Below, one piece after another: positions 51,079-61,313 of a DNA stretch of 64,000 nucleotides (positions are counted from its first letter, which is position 1; every line of letters starts with the position of its first letter). The notes under the pieces were generated by a model. That model saw nothing but the letters and a program-made list of their open reading frames with translations, made no database searches and was not told where the DNA came from. A program made the translations under genes and the position numbers. The DNA is from Cenarchaeum sp. (GTDB lineage Archaea > Thermoproteota > Nitrososphaeria > Nitrososphaerales > Nitrosopumilaceae), in the NCBI GenBank assembly GCA_965206845.1, contig OZ242221.1:1184001-1248000 (forward strand), in the 5' to 3' direction.

Positions 51079-51711
51079 TTGAATCTGTCTGCCATTATTC
51101 CGGTCAAGAGCTTTGCCAAGGCCAAGTCGCGCCTGGACATAGACAGGGAGAGGAAGGAGGAGATCTGCAGGCTCATGCTAAGGGAGGTTCTGCGGACGCT
51201 GTCCGCATCGGCCAGAGTCGACGAGACGGTTGTGGTCTCCGGTGACAGGGAGGTGCACCATGTTGCAGCAGAGTTCGGGGCGGTTCGGATTGTCGATGAG
51301 AGCGAGAGCGGCGTAAACAATGCGGTGTCTCTGGCAGACAGGTACCTGCTGAAGAACGGCACTGACGCCTCCATCGTCCTGCCTCAAGATATCCCGTTCA
51401 TCAAAAGCCAGGACATCGACTTTCTGCTGGGCTTTCAGTCTCCACCTAGGTTCTCCCTGATCGTTCCCTCACGAAAGTTTGACGGGACAAACGCGCTGGT
51501 AAGAATGCCAGTTGATCTGATGGATACCCACTACGACGAGGACAGCTACCGCATACACCTGAGCGTCGGAAGGACAAAAACCACCAGCACCTCCTTGGTG
51601 TTTGTCAAGAGAATAATGATGGACATAGACACTGTGGAGGACCTGCAATTTGCAGTGGCCAGGAATGCAAAACCAGCCCTGTGCGAAGAGATCAGGCGCA
51701 TCATGGAGTGA
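51079..51711 (+). CDS. cofC: 2-phospho-L-lactate/PEP guanylyltransferase
   Basis: IPVK....AKSRL, DGTNAL, DIDTVEDL; adjacent to cofD. Confidence 0.93.
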   Translation: MNLSAIIPVKSFAKAKSRLDIDRERKEEICRLMLREVLRTLSASARVDETVVVSGDREVHHVAAEFGAVRIVDESESGVNNAVSLADRYLLKNGTDASIVLPQDIPFIKSQDIDFLLGFQSPPRFSLIVPSRKFDGTNALVRMPVDLMDTHYDEDSYRIHLSVGRTKTTSTSLVFVKRIMMDIDTVEDLQFAVARNAKPALCEEIRRIME

Positions 51712-51908
51712 TGGCGCCTCCGCGCCCTCTTGCGACTCTGGCAACGGATCAGCACGCGATCGTGTCTGCCACCCATCTGGGGGCAAGAAAGCGCATTCCG
51801 AGGGGTTCTCTGTGCCTGATTCGGCGCAGCAGGCGATCCTGTGCGCAGATCGGCTAAGCAATAGTTAAATATGAGTGCATAGTAATAGTTAAATATAAGA
51901 TTAAGAGG

Positions 51909-52829
51909 ATGATGGAACTGACAGTCAATAGATCGACAAAGGATAGATGTCCTAGGTGCGCGCAAGGCGGCATACTATCTGACACTACCACCGGCGAAAA
52001 CTTTTGTGACAAGTGCGGATTTGTGCTGTCAGACAAGGCGGCAGCAAGCGGCCCCGAGTGGCGCTCGTTCTCCAAGGATGACGGAACAGACAGGGCGCGG
52101 GCCGGAACCCCGACGTCTCTGGCGATGCACGACATGGGGCTGGCAACGGTAATCGGGCACACCGACAAGGACGCAACGGGAAAACCGCTCTCTGCAAGCA
52201 TGCGCAGCACCATCGAGCGGCTGCGCACGTGGGATAATCGAACACAGGTTCACGAGCCCATTGATCGGAACTACAGGCAGGCATTCTCGGAGCTTGACAG
52301 GCTAAAGGACAAGCTGGCAGTGGGCGACGCGGTGATCGAGAAGGCGGCGTACATCTACAGAAAGGCACTGGAGAAGGGCCTGGTCCGCGGGAGATCAATC
52401 TCGGCGCTGATCGCATCGGCACTGTACGCGGCATGCCGTGACACCCAGACCCCAAGGACGCTTAAGGATATCGGCATCGCAAGCAACGTCAAGAGAAAGG
52501 ATATCACGCGATGCTACAGGCTGCTTCTGCTGGAGCTTGGCCTGAAGATGCCGGTGGTGGATCCAGTAAACTGCATAGCCAGGATTGCCAGTAAGACCGG
52601 CCTCTCAGAGAAGACAAAGAGGGACGCAACCAAGATCTTAAAGACCGCCGAGGAGAGCAAGATCTCCTCGGGCAAGGATCCCATGGGTCTGGCGGCCGCT
52701 GCCCTGTATGTGGCCTGCGTTGCAAACGGGGAGAACAAGACCCAGCGCGATGTGGCAGAGGCGGCAGGGGTGACCGAGGTTACCATAAGAAACAGGTACA
52801 AGGGCCTCAAGCTATCTCTGGATCTGTAG
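51909..52829 (+). CDS. tfb: Transcription initiation factor IIB
   Basis: Zn ribbon CPRC..CDKCG, GPEWRSF, GVTEVTIRNRYK. Confidence 0.97.
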   Translation: MMELTVNRSTKDRCPRCAQGGILSDTTTGENFCDKCGFVLSDKAAASGPEWRSFSKDDGTDRARAGTPTSLAMHDMGLATVIGHTDKDATGKPLSASMRSTIERLRTWDNRTQVHEPIDRNYRQAFSELDRLKDKLAVGDAVIEKAAYIYRKALEKGLVRGRSISALIASALYAACRDTQTPRTLKDIGIASNVKRKDITRCYRLLLLELGLKMPVVDPVNCIARIASKTGLSEKTKRDATKILKTAEESKISSGKDPMGLAAAALYVACVANGENKTQRDVAEAAGVTEVTIRNRYKGLKLSLDL

Positions 52830-52861
52830 CCGTGCACAAAGGCCGTCGCTAGAGCCAAATC

Positions 52862-53869
52862 TCAAGGTACCGATAGATCCGTTGCCATGCGCCCGCTGCG
52901 GGAGCGATGCCATGTCGTGACGATGACCAGAAGCGAGAACGCCCCGGTTGCCAGGAACAGTATCTCCAGCGAGCCCATCAGGGGGTGGGCAAACGCCTGC
53001 TCCACTGACAGCTCCGCTGCGTGTGCAACAAAGTATGCGTATGTGAAGATAAAGTAGTTGGTGGCCCAGTGAATCAGAATCGCCGGCAGCAGGCCGTACC
53101 TCAGGTACACCCAGCCGATGATCATGCCGCTGGCAGCCGCCTGCGCGAACTTTCCCGTTGTCCAGGGCTCCCCCAGGAGTATGTGGGCGAGGCCAAAGAG
53201 TACGCTTGTGCCCACAACAAGCCATATTGCCCGTTTGTAGTCGTCGGGATGCAGGTTTGTGCCGGGTCTCCACAGCGACCTGAGGAAGTGCACAGCCGAC
53301 ATCCTGTGCGAGTATGCCAGGTATAGCGGAAGCCCAACGAGCAGCACCCGGAACCCCAGCTCCTCCAGAATGGGCGAGCTGGTCACGTTGACAAACTGCA
53401 GCAGGTCGTCTCCTGTCTCCGGTGGCTCGGTGGCGATGCCAAACCCGTCCTGGACAAACGTGATTGCCACGGAGACGACAACTACGATCGAGAACCACTT
53501 GATTACCGAGGCCGCATAGCTGCCGCCTGATGACATCCTTCCTTCCATTACTGCAGGAAGGATGAACTTGATCAGGCTCTTTTTTGGCCCCAGCATCGAT
53601 ACGGCAAGCAGGATAACATATACTGACCACATCACGATGAATAGGTCGCCCAGCTCCAGTCCCGACGGGGAGCCAAATCCCGCCTCTGCTAGGAGCAGAT
53701 CCAGGCCGCGGAATGGAAACTCGGAGCTGAGCCCGTCTCCCACATCCAGGTGAAACACTATGTACGGACCCAGTGGCAGGGAGATCAGCATCAGTATGAA
53801 CACTAGGGAGACTAGCGCCGCGTAGAGGATTCCGACTACGTGAAGTGCCCTGTCGTATCTGGAGTCCAA
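52862..53869 (-). CDS. CPBP (Abi/CAAX) family intramembrane metalloprotease
   Basis: EELGFR, FGLAH, ILIHWATN. Confidence 0.88.
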   Translation of the reverse strand: MDSRYDRALHVVGILYAALVSLVFILMLISLPLGPYIVFHLDVGDGLSSEFPFRGLDLLLAEAGFGSPSGLELGDLFIVMWSVYVILLAVSMLGPKKSLIKFILPAVMEGRMSSGGSYAASVIKWFSIVVVVSVAITFVQDGFGIATEPPETGDDLLQFVNVTSSPILEELGFRVLLVGLPLYLAYSHRMSAVHFLRSLWRPGTNLHPDDYKRAIWLVVGTSVLFGLAHILLGEPWTTGKFAQAAASGMIIGWVYLRYGLLPAILIHWATNYFIFTYAYFVAHAAELSVEQAFAHPLMGSLEILFLATGAFSLLVIVTTWHRSRSGRMATDLSVP

Positions 53870-53870
53870 T

Positions 53871-54206
53871 CTAGTGGAGCTCTATGGACGACTCTGAGAA
53901 GCCCAGATTTATCAGCGTCTCGCTGATGGTGTCCCGGTGATCTCCCTGCAAAAAGATGTAGCCATCCTTGGCGGTTCCGCCGCAGGCATACTTGTTCTTC
54001 AGCTCCTTGGCGACACCTTCAAGGTTGTTGAGTTTGGGATCCAAACCCTCGATCATGGTGCCCTTCTTTCTAAAGCGACGGGTCTCCAAGCGGATTATGA
54101 TCTTTGTACTATCCTTAGCAAGATCCTCGCAGGCGCACAGATCTTCTGGAAGGCCACAGGTGTTACAGATAACTGCCATTCGTTCTGATTCATCTTCATG
54201 GGACAT
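53871..54206 (-). CDS. Translation initiation factor aIF1 (SUI1)
   Basis: CGLPEDLCAC, LKNKYACGGT, LQGDHR; true start may be a downstream ATG. Confidence 0.93.
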   Translation of the reverse strand: MSHEDESERMAVICNTCGLPEDLCACEDLAKDSTKIIIRLETRRFRKKGTMIEGLDPKLNNLEGVAKELKNKYACGGTAKDGYIFLQGDHRDTISETLINLGFSESSIELH

Positions 54207-54380
54207 ACTATTAAGCCTTGTCTGGCGTGCGGCCCTGGTTCGTGGCTGGATTACATCCGGGGTTTTGCGCCTGGTTCGGCGCGACTGGCAGTATCATACC
54301 GTGTGGGAATCACGTGCCTGGGATCGCGCCGCCACGACTGCGCGGGTTGGTTTTTTACGAAGGTGCGCACACGGCAACAC

Positions 54381-54728
54381 ATGGCACACGGGCTAGAGAA
54401 ACGGGCAGCCGAGATGCTCCTGAACGGGGCCACGCTGCTTGCTGAACCGTGTCCCTACTGTAGCGGCGTGAGGGTGATGAAGAGCGGGAGCGCCCTGTGT
54501 ACCAGCTGCGGCGCCGAGCCGGTACGGGAGGCGCGTGCTGAACCACGCCCTATCGACGCGCTGCAGTCAAAGCTGCAGGCACTGACTGGGGAGCTGGCGA
54601 CCGAGGAAGATCACCAAAGGCAGCAGGAGATTCTAAGATCCATCCGATCCCTCATAGATACCATGGAGCGGCTCAAGGGCAAATCCTCGGGCCCCGATCC
54701 ACCAAACCACGGCAGCCACACCGGGTGA
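54381..54728 (+). CDS. Zn-ribbon protein, SSSCA1/UPF0148-like
   Basis: AAEMLLNGATLLAEPCPYC...CTSC. Confidence 0.85.
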   Translation: MAHGLEKRAAEMLLNGATLLAEPCPYCSGVRVMKSGSALCTSCGAEPVREARAEPRPIDALQSKLQALTGELATEEDHQRQQEILRSIRSLIDTMERLKGKSSGPDPPNHGSHTG

Positions 54729-55542
54729 CACACCCAACCCACCACCGCAGGATCTGGGCGCAGGACAGGCGGGGTTTTGTGCACGATCGATTGTGTCCTG
54801 TCTTGTCATGGATCGCATCTCGTGCCGTACCGGCATGCAGTCTGTTCCAGTGCCTGCCCCACGGCACCGCGTCATGTCGGCCCGCTGCCGACCGCAAGCC
54901 AGGCAGCATTCAGTCCGAACCGGATCGCAGCCAACTAGGAAGGCCGTCTTGCCTCGGGTGCCGTAGCCGAACAATTCTTGGGAAGCCGGCGGGCCCATGC
55001 CTTATGGCCTCGCAGGTATGCGGAATCCCTCTGTTCGTGGGGGATCTTCACGCGCTAGTCCACCGCGGCTATCTGGGTATTCTTCTTGCGCGGATCGACT
55101 CCCGCATAGATCATGCCCCACCTTCTGCGATAGATGGCGATTTTGTTTGTAGCCCTCTTCTGCCTTGTCTCCACTGCTTGCCTTCCCGGCGGCCGGCCCC
55201 GGGAGCGGCTGTCCAATGACTGCTATCTTCTGAATGCACTGATCGACGCACGCAAGATTACGGCATGCGGCAGCGCTCTGCCCGTAGGCGCATGCGTTGC
55301 CCCGGATACTTTTCACAACAGGCGTACGGCAGAAGACATGCGCGTATTGTCCGTAGGGGCACGACCTGCAGCCTAGACGACCGGCTGCCGACTTGCGCCG
55401 GATTGTCAAGAGAATCATAATTCTGCATGCCCATCAGTACACGGGCCGAGAATTGCATGCGGTAATGAGAATTTCGGCCGGCTCCCAATAACGTAAGGGC
55501 CTATCCCAAAAGAATTGATAAAAAATAGCTACAAATGCATTG

Positions 55543-55817
55543 CTACTCGTCTACAGGCGTGAGAGCGACAGTCCTGCCTACTATTGCGCCGTCTTCGTCG
55601 GTCTCATCGGTTGACGCAAGGATGGTTGGAAACTCACTCCCATCCTTTCTTCGTACCCATATCTTGGACTTGCTGTGGTATCCGGCTCTCCAATTCTCCA
55701 TGTTTGCATGCAGGTTACCTTTGCTTCTGAACGCTGTGTGCTCATAGAGGCTGATTCCGATGACTTCGTCTTTTCTATAACCCAGATTATCCAGATATGA
55801 CTGGCTACAGTCTATTA
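55543..55817 (-). pseudogene. PAS-domain protein, C-terminal part, interrupted by ISH3 element
   Basis: VIDCSQSYLDNLGYRKDEVIG..., RRKDGSEFP PAS/PAC signature; frame runs into IS TIR at 55818. Confidence 0.78.
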
Positions 55818-55913
55818 CAGTAGTTGGAAATGTACCCAAAATCCACTGCATCGTGGCTAAATTATTTTAGCCAAGGCACACGTTTTCACAAAACGTGAGG
55901 TAAAAAGCAAAGC

Positions 55914-57269
55914 ATGCCACCCGTCATTATGACCTCGCCAAAGGACGACGGGCAAGCACACCAGATATCCGTTACAAGGCCGGTATTTGAATACCTTGGT
56001 AAGCTTTTGCGAACCACAATATCATTCCCGTTATCCACCAGGCACAATGCCATGTATGGATTCGATGATATGTACCGTGTCCTGACAATGATGTGCACGA
56101 ACAAGGCATCCGGCAGCTCCGAGGCAGGAGCGCTGTCTGACCTGCAGGACAGCGGGAAGACACCATCCTCACGGTGGGTGCTGGGCAAGATCCGCGCGAT
56201 CGATGCCAGGGAGATCCGCGAGCGGTGCGATCACGCGATCAAGCGGGAGGTATTGGACATGAAGAAGGCAGGCATGTTCAGGAATCCTGTTGTTGTGGCG
56301 ATAGACGAGCACCTGGTGGGCTGGTACGGCAAGGGTTCGGGCTCGCAATACATAACCCGCTCCAAGTCGAAAAACGGGACGAGCAGGTTTTACAGCTTGT
56401 CCACGGTGCACTGCGTGGCCGGCGGATCCAGGGCCGCGCTTGGGGCCCGGCTCGTCAAGAAAACGGATAATGACGGCGATGTCGTGAGTAAATTGCTCGA
56501 AAAATGCTCGGAATTGAGGATAAGGTCCAGCAGGGTTCTGCTGGATCGCGGATTCTTCTCGGTTGACGTGATCCAGACCCTGAATCACTACGGAAAGGCG
56601 TTCATAATGCCCGCCATCAAGGGACCGGGAATCAGGAAGGCCATAATGGAGCATGTGAAAGAGAAACGCCCGGCCGTTTCAAAGTACACCATGACATCAA
56701 GGGAAGGATACATCGCGACATTCACGCTGGTAATACTGGAAAAGACGCCAGAGCCCGACGAAGTCAAGAAGGAGACGGACCGGTACATTGTATTTGCAAC
56801 CAACGTGCGGGCTAGGAGCAAGCAGGATCTCATCTCCAAGATTCCCGACGAGTACAAAAAAAGATGGGGAATCGAGACCGGATATGCCTGCATGGAAAGG
56901 GCAAGGCCGCGAACCTCCAGCAGGAACGACTCGATCAGGATACTCCTGAGACATGATCCGCAATTAAGAATCGGGTCTTCGATGCCCATAATCTTACAGA
57001 TGTGCGCTCCAAAGCATGCAACTTTCGTATGATTATGCCAAAGATCGTGCTCTAATGTGCCTGCGTGCTAATTACGAATCACATCTCTGATGTACCTTCC
57101 GCTGGTGATTTACAACGCGTGGATCATGGAAAACTACGCGGCTGGCGCATGCGCCGGTGGGGGCAGGCCCGTCATCACACTCAGGCGCCTCATGTCCCGC
57201 TTTATCCTGATCATAGCGGTGTCAGTACTTTCCTCGCGGTATTCTCACTACCTGGAATTTGTCGGGTAG
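55914..57269 (+). pseudogene. ISH3-family DDE transposase disrupted near C-terminus
   Basis: AIDEH, LLDRGFFS, RWGIETGY; removing MITE plus one TSD restores ...SIRILLMYLPLVIYNAW... Confidence 0.88.
56949..57086 (+). mobile_element. MITE copy 3 (138 bp)
   Basis: Near-identical to copy 1; TSD CTG. Confidence 0.92.
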
Positions 57270-57423
57270 TACATTTCCAACTACTGGATCCTTCATACTC
57301 TTCGGAATCGTGTTCAAGATGGGGCCGAGCATGCGCTGTTGAGTCAAGTCGCATTGTCGTTGATCGCGTTTCCTTGACGTCGCTAGGCGAGGCCGCGCTC
57401 AACGGTTCAATACGCCTTGTGGT

Positions 57424-58486
57424 TCTATTGTACAGAAATTATGCCGCGCGCCAAGAGTCCGGTGTACTGTCCAAGAATATTTTACGCTGCACAAGTCCAG
57501 GCACCCCACGCCAATGCGCCTGACCGATAAGGCCATCCGATGCGCCATCAGCCAGCTGGAGAAGGGCAAAGGCACCAAGGCGGTCGCAGAAGAGATCAAC
57601 GTCACCCAGAGGCATGTGCAACGGCTGTGGGCCGAATTCAACAGGACCGGTTCGATCCATGTCCAGCAGCCTGCAGGACTGCCAGCAGATCTCCCACCGT
57701 CCTACGAGGAAATCAATATGGCATTAGACGTTCACGGGCGCAAGCCGAAAGGTGTGCTACGGACAGCCAAGGGGCTTCGGGAGGAGGGACACGATATAAT
57801 CTACTCTCGCGTATACCAGATAATGAAGCCCAACGGCTTAGTCATCGGCTTCCCGGCAAAGTCGAGGAAGCGCAAGCGGGTCAGGTACGAGCGCCTGTAC
57901 TCGAATGCCATGTGGCATACTGACTGGCATGTGATGAAGAACCAGCGCATGAAGGATCTGAACCTGATCACGTATCTTGATGATGCCTCCAGGTGCGTTA
58001 CGGGCGCGGCGTTGTTCAAGGAGGCCACCTCAGAGAACACGGTGGCGGTGCTCCGGCAGGCCGTCGGCAGGTTCGGCGTGCCGGCGACCATCCTGTCTGA
58101 CAACGGCTCGTGCTTCGTCGGCAGGGGCGGCCACAAGAAGCAGACAGGCACCTGGACTCCGACCCTCTGAGAACGAGCTGCTGAACCGCAACATGGGGCT
58201 GATCGATTCAAGACCATATCGCCCGCAGACCAACGGAAAACTGGAGAGGTTCCACAGGAGCATCGAGGAGGAAATATGGCACTACGATGGTCTGGACGAC
58301 TATGTCGAGTACTACACCGACAGGCTACACTTTTCACTGGACACCGACAACTACGAGACGCCGCTGATGGCACTCCGCAACAAGGGGGCGATCGACTAGA
58401 TAAGACAGCAAAATTCCAGATGGATGGAAGCAGATATCGATGACCAACGGCCCAGACAGAGGGCTACATGATTTTCATATACTACA
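57424..58486 (+). mobile_element. IS481-family IS with frameshifted transposase (57514 to ~58400)
   Basis: WHTDWH, YLDDASR, LSDNGS, then PQTNGKLERFHRS in another frame; 15-bp TSD AATACGCCTTGTGGT at 57409-57423 and 58487-58501. Confidence 0.9.
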
Positions 58487-58590
58487 AATACGCCTTGTGG
58501 TCTGAAGACGAAAACATGACGATATGTCCCTGTGGGACATGGCCGACAGCACCGCGCCAATTTATAAATTTGAACTAGTGTCTTCTGTCC

Positions 58591-60042
58591 GTGGGAGCAA
58601 GCAGGCTCGGGGAGGAGCTGACCGGATTAATCTCAGGCAGCGTGCAGTGGAGCAGGGAGGTGGTCGACGGCTATTCGGTCGACTCTAGCTCGTACAGAAT
58701 CAGGCCCAAGGTGGTCGTCTTTCCAAAAGACAGGCAGGACATAATCAGGACGGTAAAATTTGCCGCCAGAAACAGGATTAGCATCACACCACGTGGCGGC
58801 GGAACCGGATTGGTCGGAGGCGGAATTGGGAACGGAATCGTACTAAACCTCATGGGAATAAAAGGGATTGCCATTGGAAGAGACCACGTTACGGTGGGTG
58901 CTGGAACGCTAAAGGGAGAGCTGGACAGGTTTCTGACGAGGCATAAAAAATTTCTCAGTCCGAATCCTTCCGTTGGCCCGTACTGCACACTGGGCGGAAT
59001 GATTGCCACCAATGCAAGCGGCACCTTGGCAATAAAGTATGGATCCATCGTCGATAATATTTTGGAGATCGAGTTCATAGACGGTTGCGGAAACCTGCAA
59101 AAGTTTCCTGGCAGATCGCGCATGTCGTCCAAGATTTTGGACATTGTAGAGGGCATCAACCGAGAAAAATTTCCCAAGGTGATAAAAAACTCGTGTGGAT
59201 ACAGGATGGATGCGGTGTCATCAGTCAACAACGTGCATAAGATTTTGGCTGGATCGGAGGGGACACTCGGCATTATCGTCTCGGCAAGGCTGAAAGTCCA
59301 TGCGATACCGGCAGGCCGCAGCCTGTCGGTCTACGGATACGAGTCGCTCTATGACGCTGCAGACGACTGCAAAAAAATCAACCGGATAAATCCCGCCGCC
59401 TTGGAACTTGTCGATGGTGCGATGATGAGAAACGTTATGAGCTCCATCCCAGAATGGGTAAAGTGCCTGCTCCTAGTAGAGGCTGACAATGGCCTAGAAG
59501 GCGCAGAGACGCTAGAGGGGATCCTAAAGGGAAGGCTAATCAAAAATACTCACGATGCAGAGGAGATCAAAAAATGGTGGAGGTACAGGCACACTTCATT
59601 GTTGCTCACCCTGAGAAACATGTCAAAAGCCCAAAGCGGCCCGCACATATTCGAGGATGCAGCAGTCCCGGTGGAAAATCTGCCAAGATTGATGCTGCTG
59701 ATAAAAGAGATGGAGGATGAGTTTGGCATCCGCGCCATCCTGTATGGGCACATGGGCAGCGGAAACCCTCATATGATAATGATTCCTGGCCAGAAAGACA
59801 AGAAACTGATTAAAAGAATTGCAAAGCGGTACTTTGCCGGCGTGATTGAGATCGGCGGCACAATCACCGCAGAGCACGGCGACGGGCAGGCGCGGACGGA
59901 CTTCGTCAGACAGCAGTACGGGGACGAGATCTTTTCGAGATTTCGACGGCTAAAAAAACTGCTCGATCCTCACGGAATTCTCAATCCGGGGAAGATCATC
60001 TCGGACAAGAGCCAGATTGTTAGAAACATGGTGCTGAGCTGA
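58591..60042 (+). CDS. FAD-binding oxidoreductase (GlcD/D-lactate dehydrogenase family)
   Basis: PRGGGTGLVGG, GSEGTLG, AEHGDG, DPHGILNPGK. Confidence 0.9.
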   Translation: MGASRLGEELTGLISGSVQWSREVVDGYSVDSSSYRIRPKVVVFPKDRQDIIRTVKFAARNRISITPRGGGTGLVGGGIGNGIVLNLMGIKGIAIGRDHVTVGAGTLKGELDRFLTRHKKFLSPNPSVGPYCTLGGMIATNASGTLAIKYGSIVDNILEIEFIDGCGNLQKFPGRSRMSSKILDIVEGINREKFPKVIKNSCGYRMDAVSSVNNVHKILAGSEGTLGIIVSARLKVHAIPAGRSLSVYGYESLYDAADDCKKINRINPAALELVDGAMMRNVMSSIPEWVKCLLLVEADNGLEGAETLEGILKGRLIKNTHDAEEIKKWWRYRHTSLLLTLRNMSKAQSGPHIFEDAAVPVENLPRLMLLIKEMEDEFGIRAILYGHMGSGNPHMIMIPGQKDKKLIKRIAKRYFAGVIEIGGTITAEHGDGQARTDFVRQQYGDEIFSRFRRLKKLLDPHGILNPGKIISDKSQIVRNMVLS

Positions 60043-60262
60043 TCCCGTGACACCGGCACGGAGGGCGCAGTGCAGGCGTAAAGGATCCGGCAGCCTGCTG
60101 CCAAAGTTGCCAGCGTTCCGGCATCAGGTCGCTTTCGGATCAGCCGGCCAGCAGCACGGTTGTGGCAGGCTCTGTTTTCCCTGAACCCCTTTCTGCGCTG
60201 TGCTTCCGTGCACTGAATCCGTGGGTACCTGCCGTATAAGGGCAAAGGCAAAGGATCTGGGC

Positions 60263-61255
60263 CTATACGGCGCACTTGGGCCTCCTGCCGGCCATTGCCA
60301 TCTTGAGGTTGAGGACCGCCAGACGCGCCATGTTCTCCCTAGTCTCCTTGGTGGAGGAACCCATGTGCGGCGTCAGCACCACATTCTCCATCTTTGCCAG
60401 CGGGCTGTCTGCTCCTAGCGGCTCGTCATAAAATACATCTAGCGCCGCGCCGGCGAGATCCCCGTTCTGGAGGGCCAGCACCAGATCCTTCTGGTTGATT
60501 ACCCTGCCTCTGGACGTATTTACGATAAATGCGCCACGTTTCATCTTCGCCAGGAGGCTTCGATTTACCATATCGTGGGTTCGCTTGGTGTGGGGAATGT
60601 GCAGTGATACGATGTCGCTCTCCGAAAAGAGCTGATTCAGGGAGACATGCTCTATCCCGGCCTGCCTCTCCTGCCGCTCCGACAGCCTGCCGTTCCCGTG
60701 GTATACCACCTTCATGCCAAACGCCTGCGCCTTTTCCGCAAAGGACAACCCAATCCTTCCTGGCCCTAGGATGCCCACAGTCTTTGTCTCCAGATCCGTA
60801 CCCAGAAAGTCGCAGGGCCCAAACACCTGATGCCATCCGCCGGATCGTATCAGCCTGTCTCCCTCGCTGACCCTCCGCATCACGTCTAGCATCAGCGCAA
60901 ACGCAAGATCCGCCGTGGCGCGGGTCAAGACATCCGGCGTGTACCCTACCAGTATGCCCCTGCTCTTTGTGCACTGCAAGTCTATGTGCTCATATCCCAC
61001 GCTGTACGTGCTGATCGCCCGGAGGTCTGCCGCTGCCTCGATCACCTCCCTGTCTATGGTATCGTAGGGCATGCAGAGGATGCCCTCCTTGTCTGCGATC
61101 TTCGCGATCAGCTCCCCTTTTGAGATGGGGAACCTTCCGGCATGCGTCTCTAGACGGAATCCGTCCTGCAGATCTTTCATGGCAAAGTCCTGCAATCTTT
61201 TGGTCAGCAGAACCCTCTGGGCTCCTACCACAGTACGGGCTCCTCCTTGAACCAC
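60263..61255 (-). CDS. D-2-hydroxyacid dehydrogenase (glyoxylate reductase-like)
   Basis: GILGPGRIG, NTSRG, LDVFYDEP, TPHMGS. Confidence 0.92.
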   Translation of the reverse strand: MVQGGARTVVGAQRVLLTKRLQDFAMKDLQDGFRLETHAGRFPISKGELIAKIADKEGILCMPYDTIDREVIEAAADLRAISTYSVGYEHIDLQCTKSRGILVGYTPDVLTRATADLAFALMLDVMRRVSEGDRLIRSGGWHQVFGPCDFLGTDLETKTVGILGPGRIGLSFAEKAQAFGMKVVYHGNGRLSERQERQAGIEHVSLNQLFSESDIVSLHIPHTKRTHDMVNRSLLAKMKRGAFIVNTSRGRVINQKDLVLALQNGDLAGAALDVFYDEPLGADSPLAKMENVVLTPHMGSSTKETRENMARLAVLNLKMAMAGRRPKCAV

Positions 61256-61313
61256 ATAAAGATTATGTCCAGTTTCGATCCTTACGCCTGACCCAAACGC
61301 GGACGTTTCAACC

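Larger units (their letters stand above)
55818..57286 (+). mobile_element. ISH3-family IS interrupted by a MITE; no TSD
   Basis: Perfect 18-bp TIR CAGTAGTTGGAAATGTAC; flanks TATTA and GATCC differ. Confidence 0.88.

Noticed and set aside
54972-55517. Possible inverted repeat CAATTCTTGGGA / TCCCAAAAGAATTG bounding a gene-poor region
   Set aside because: Short, needs a gap, has no TSD and no transposase similarity.
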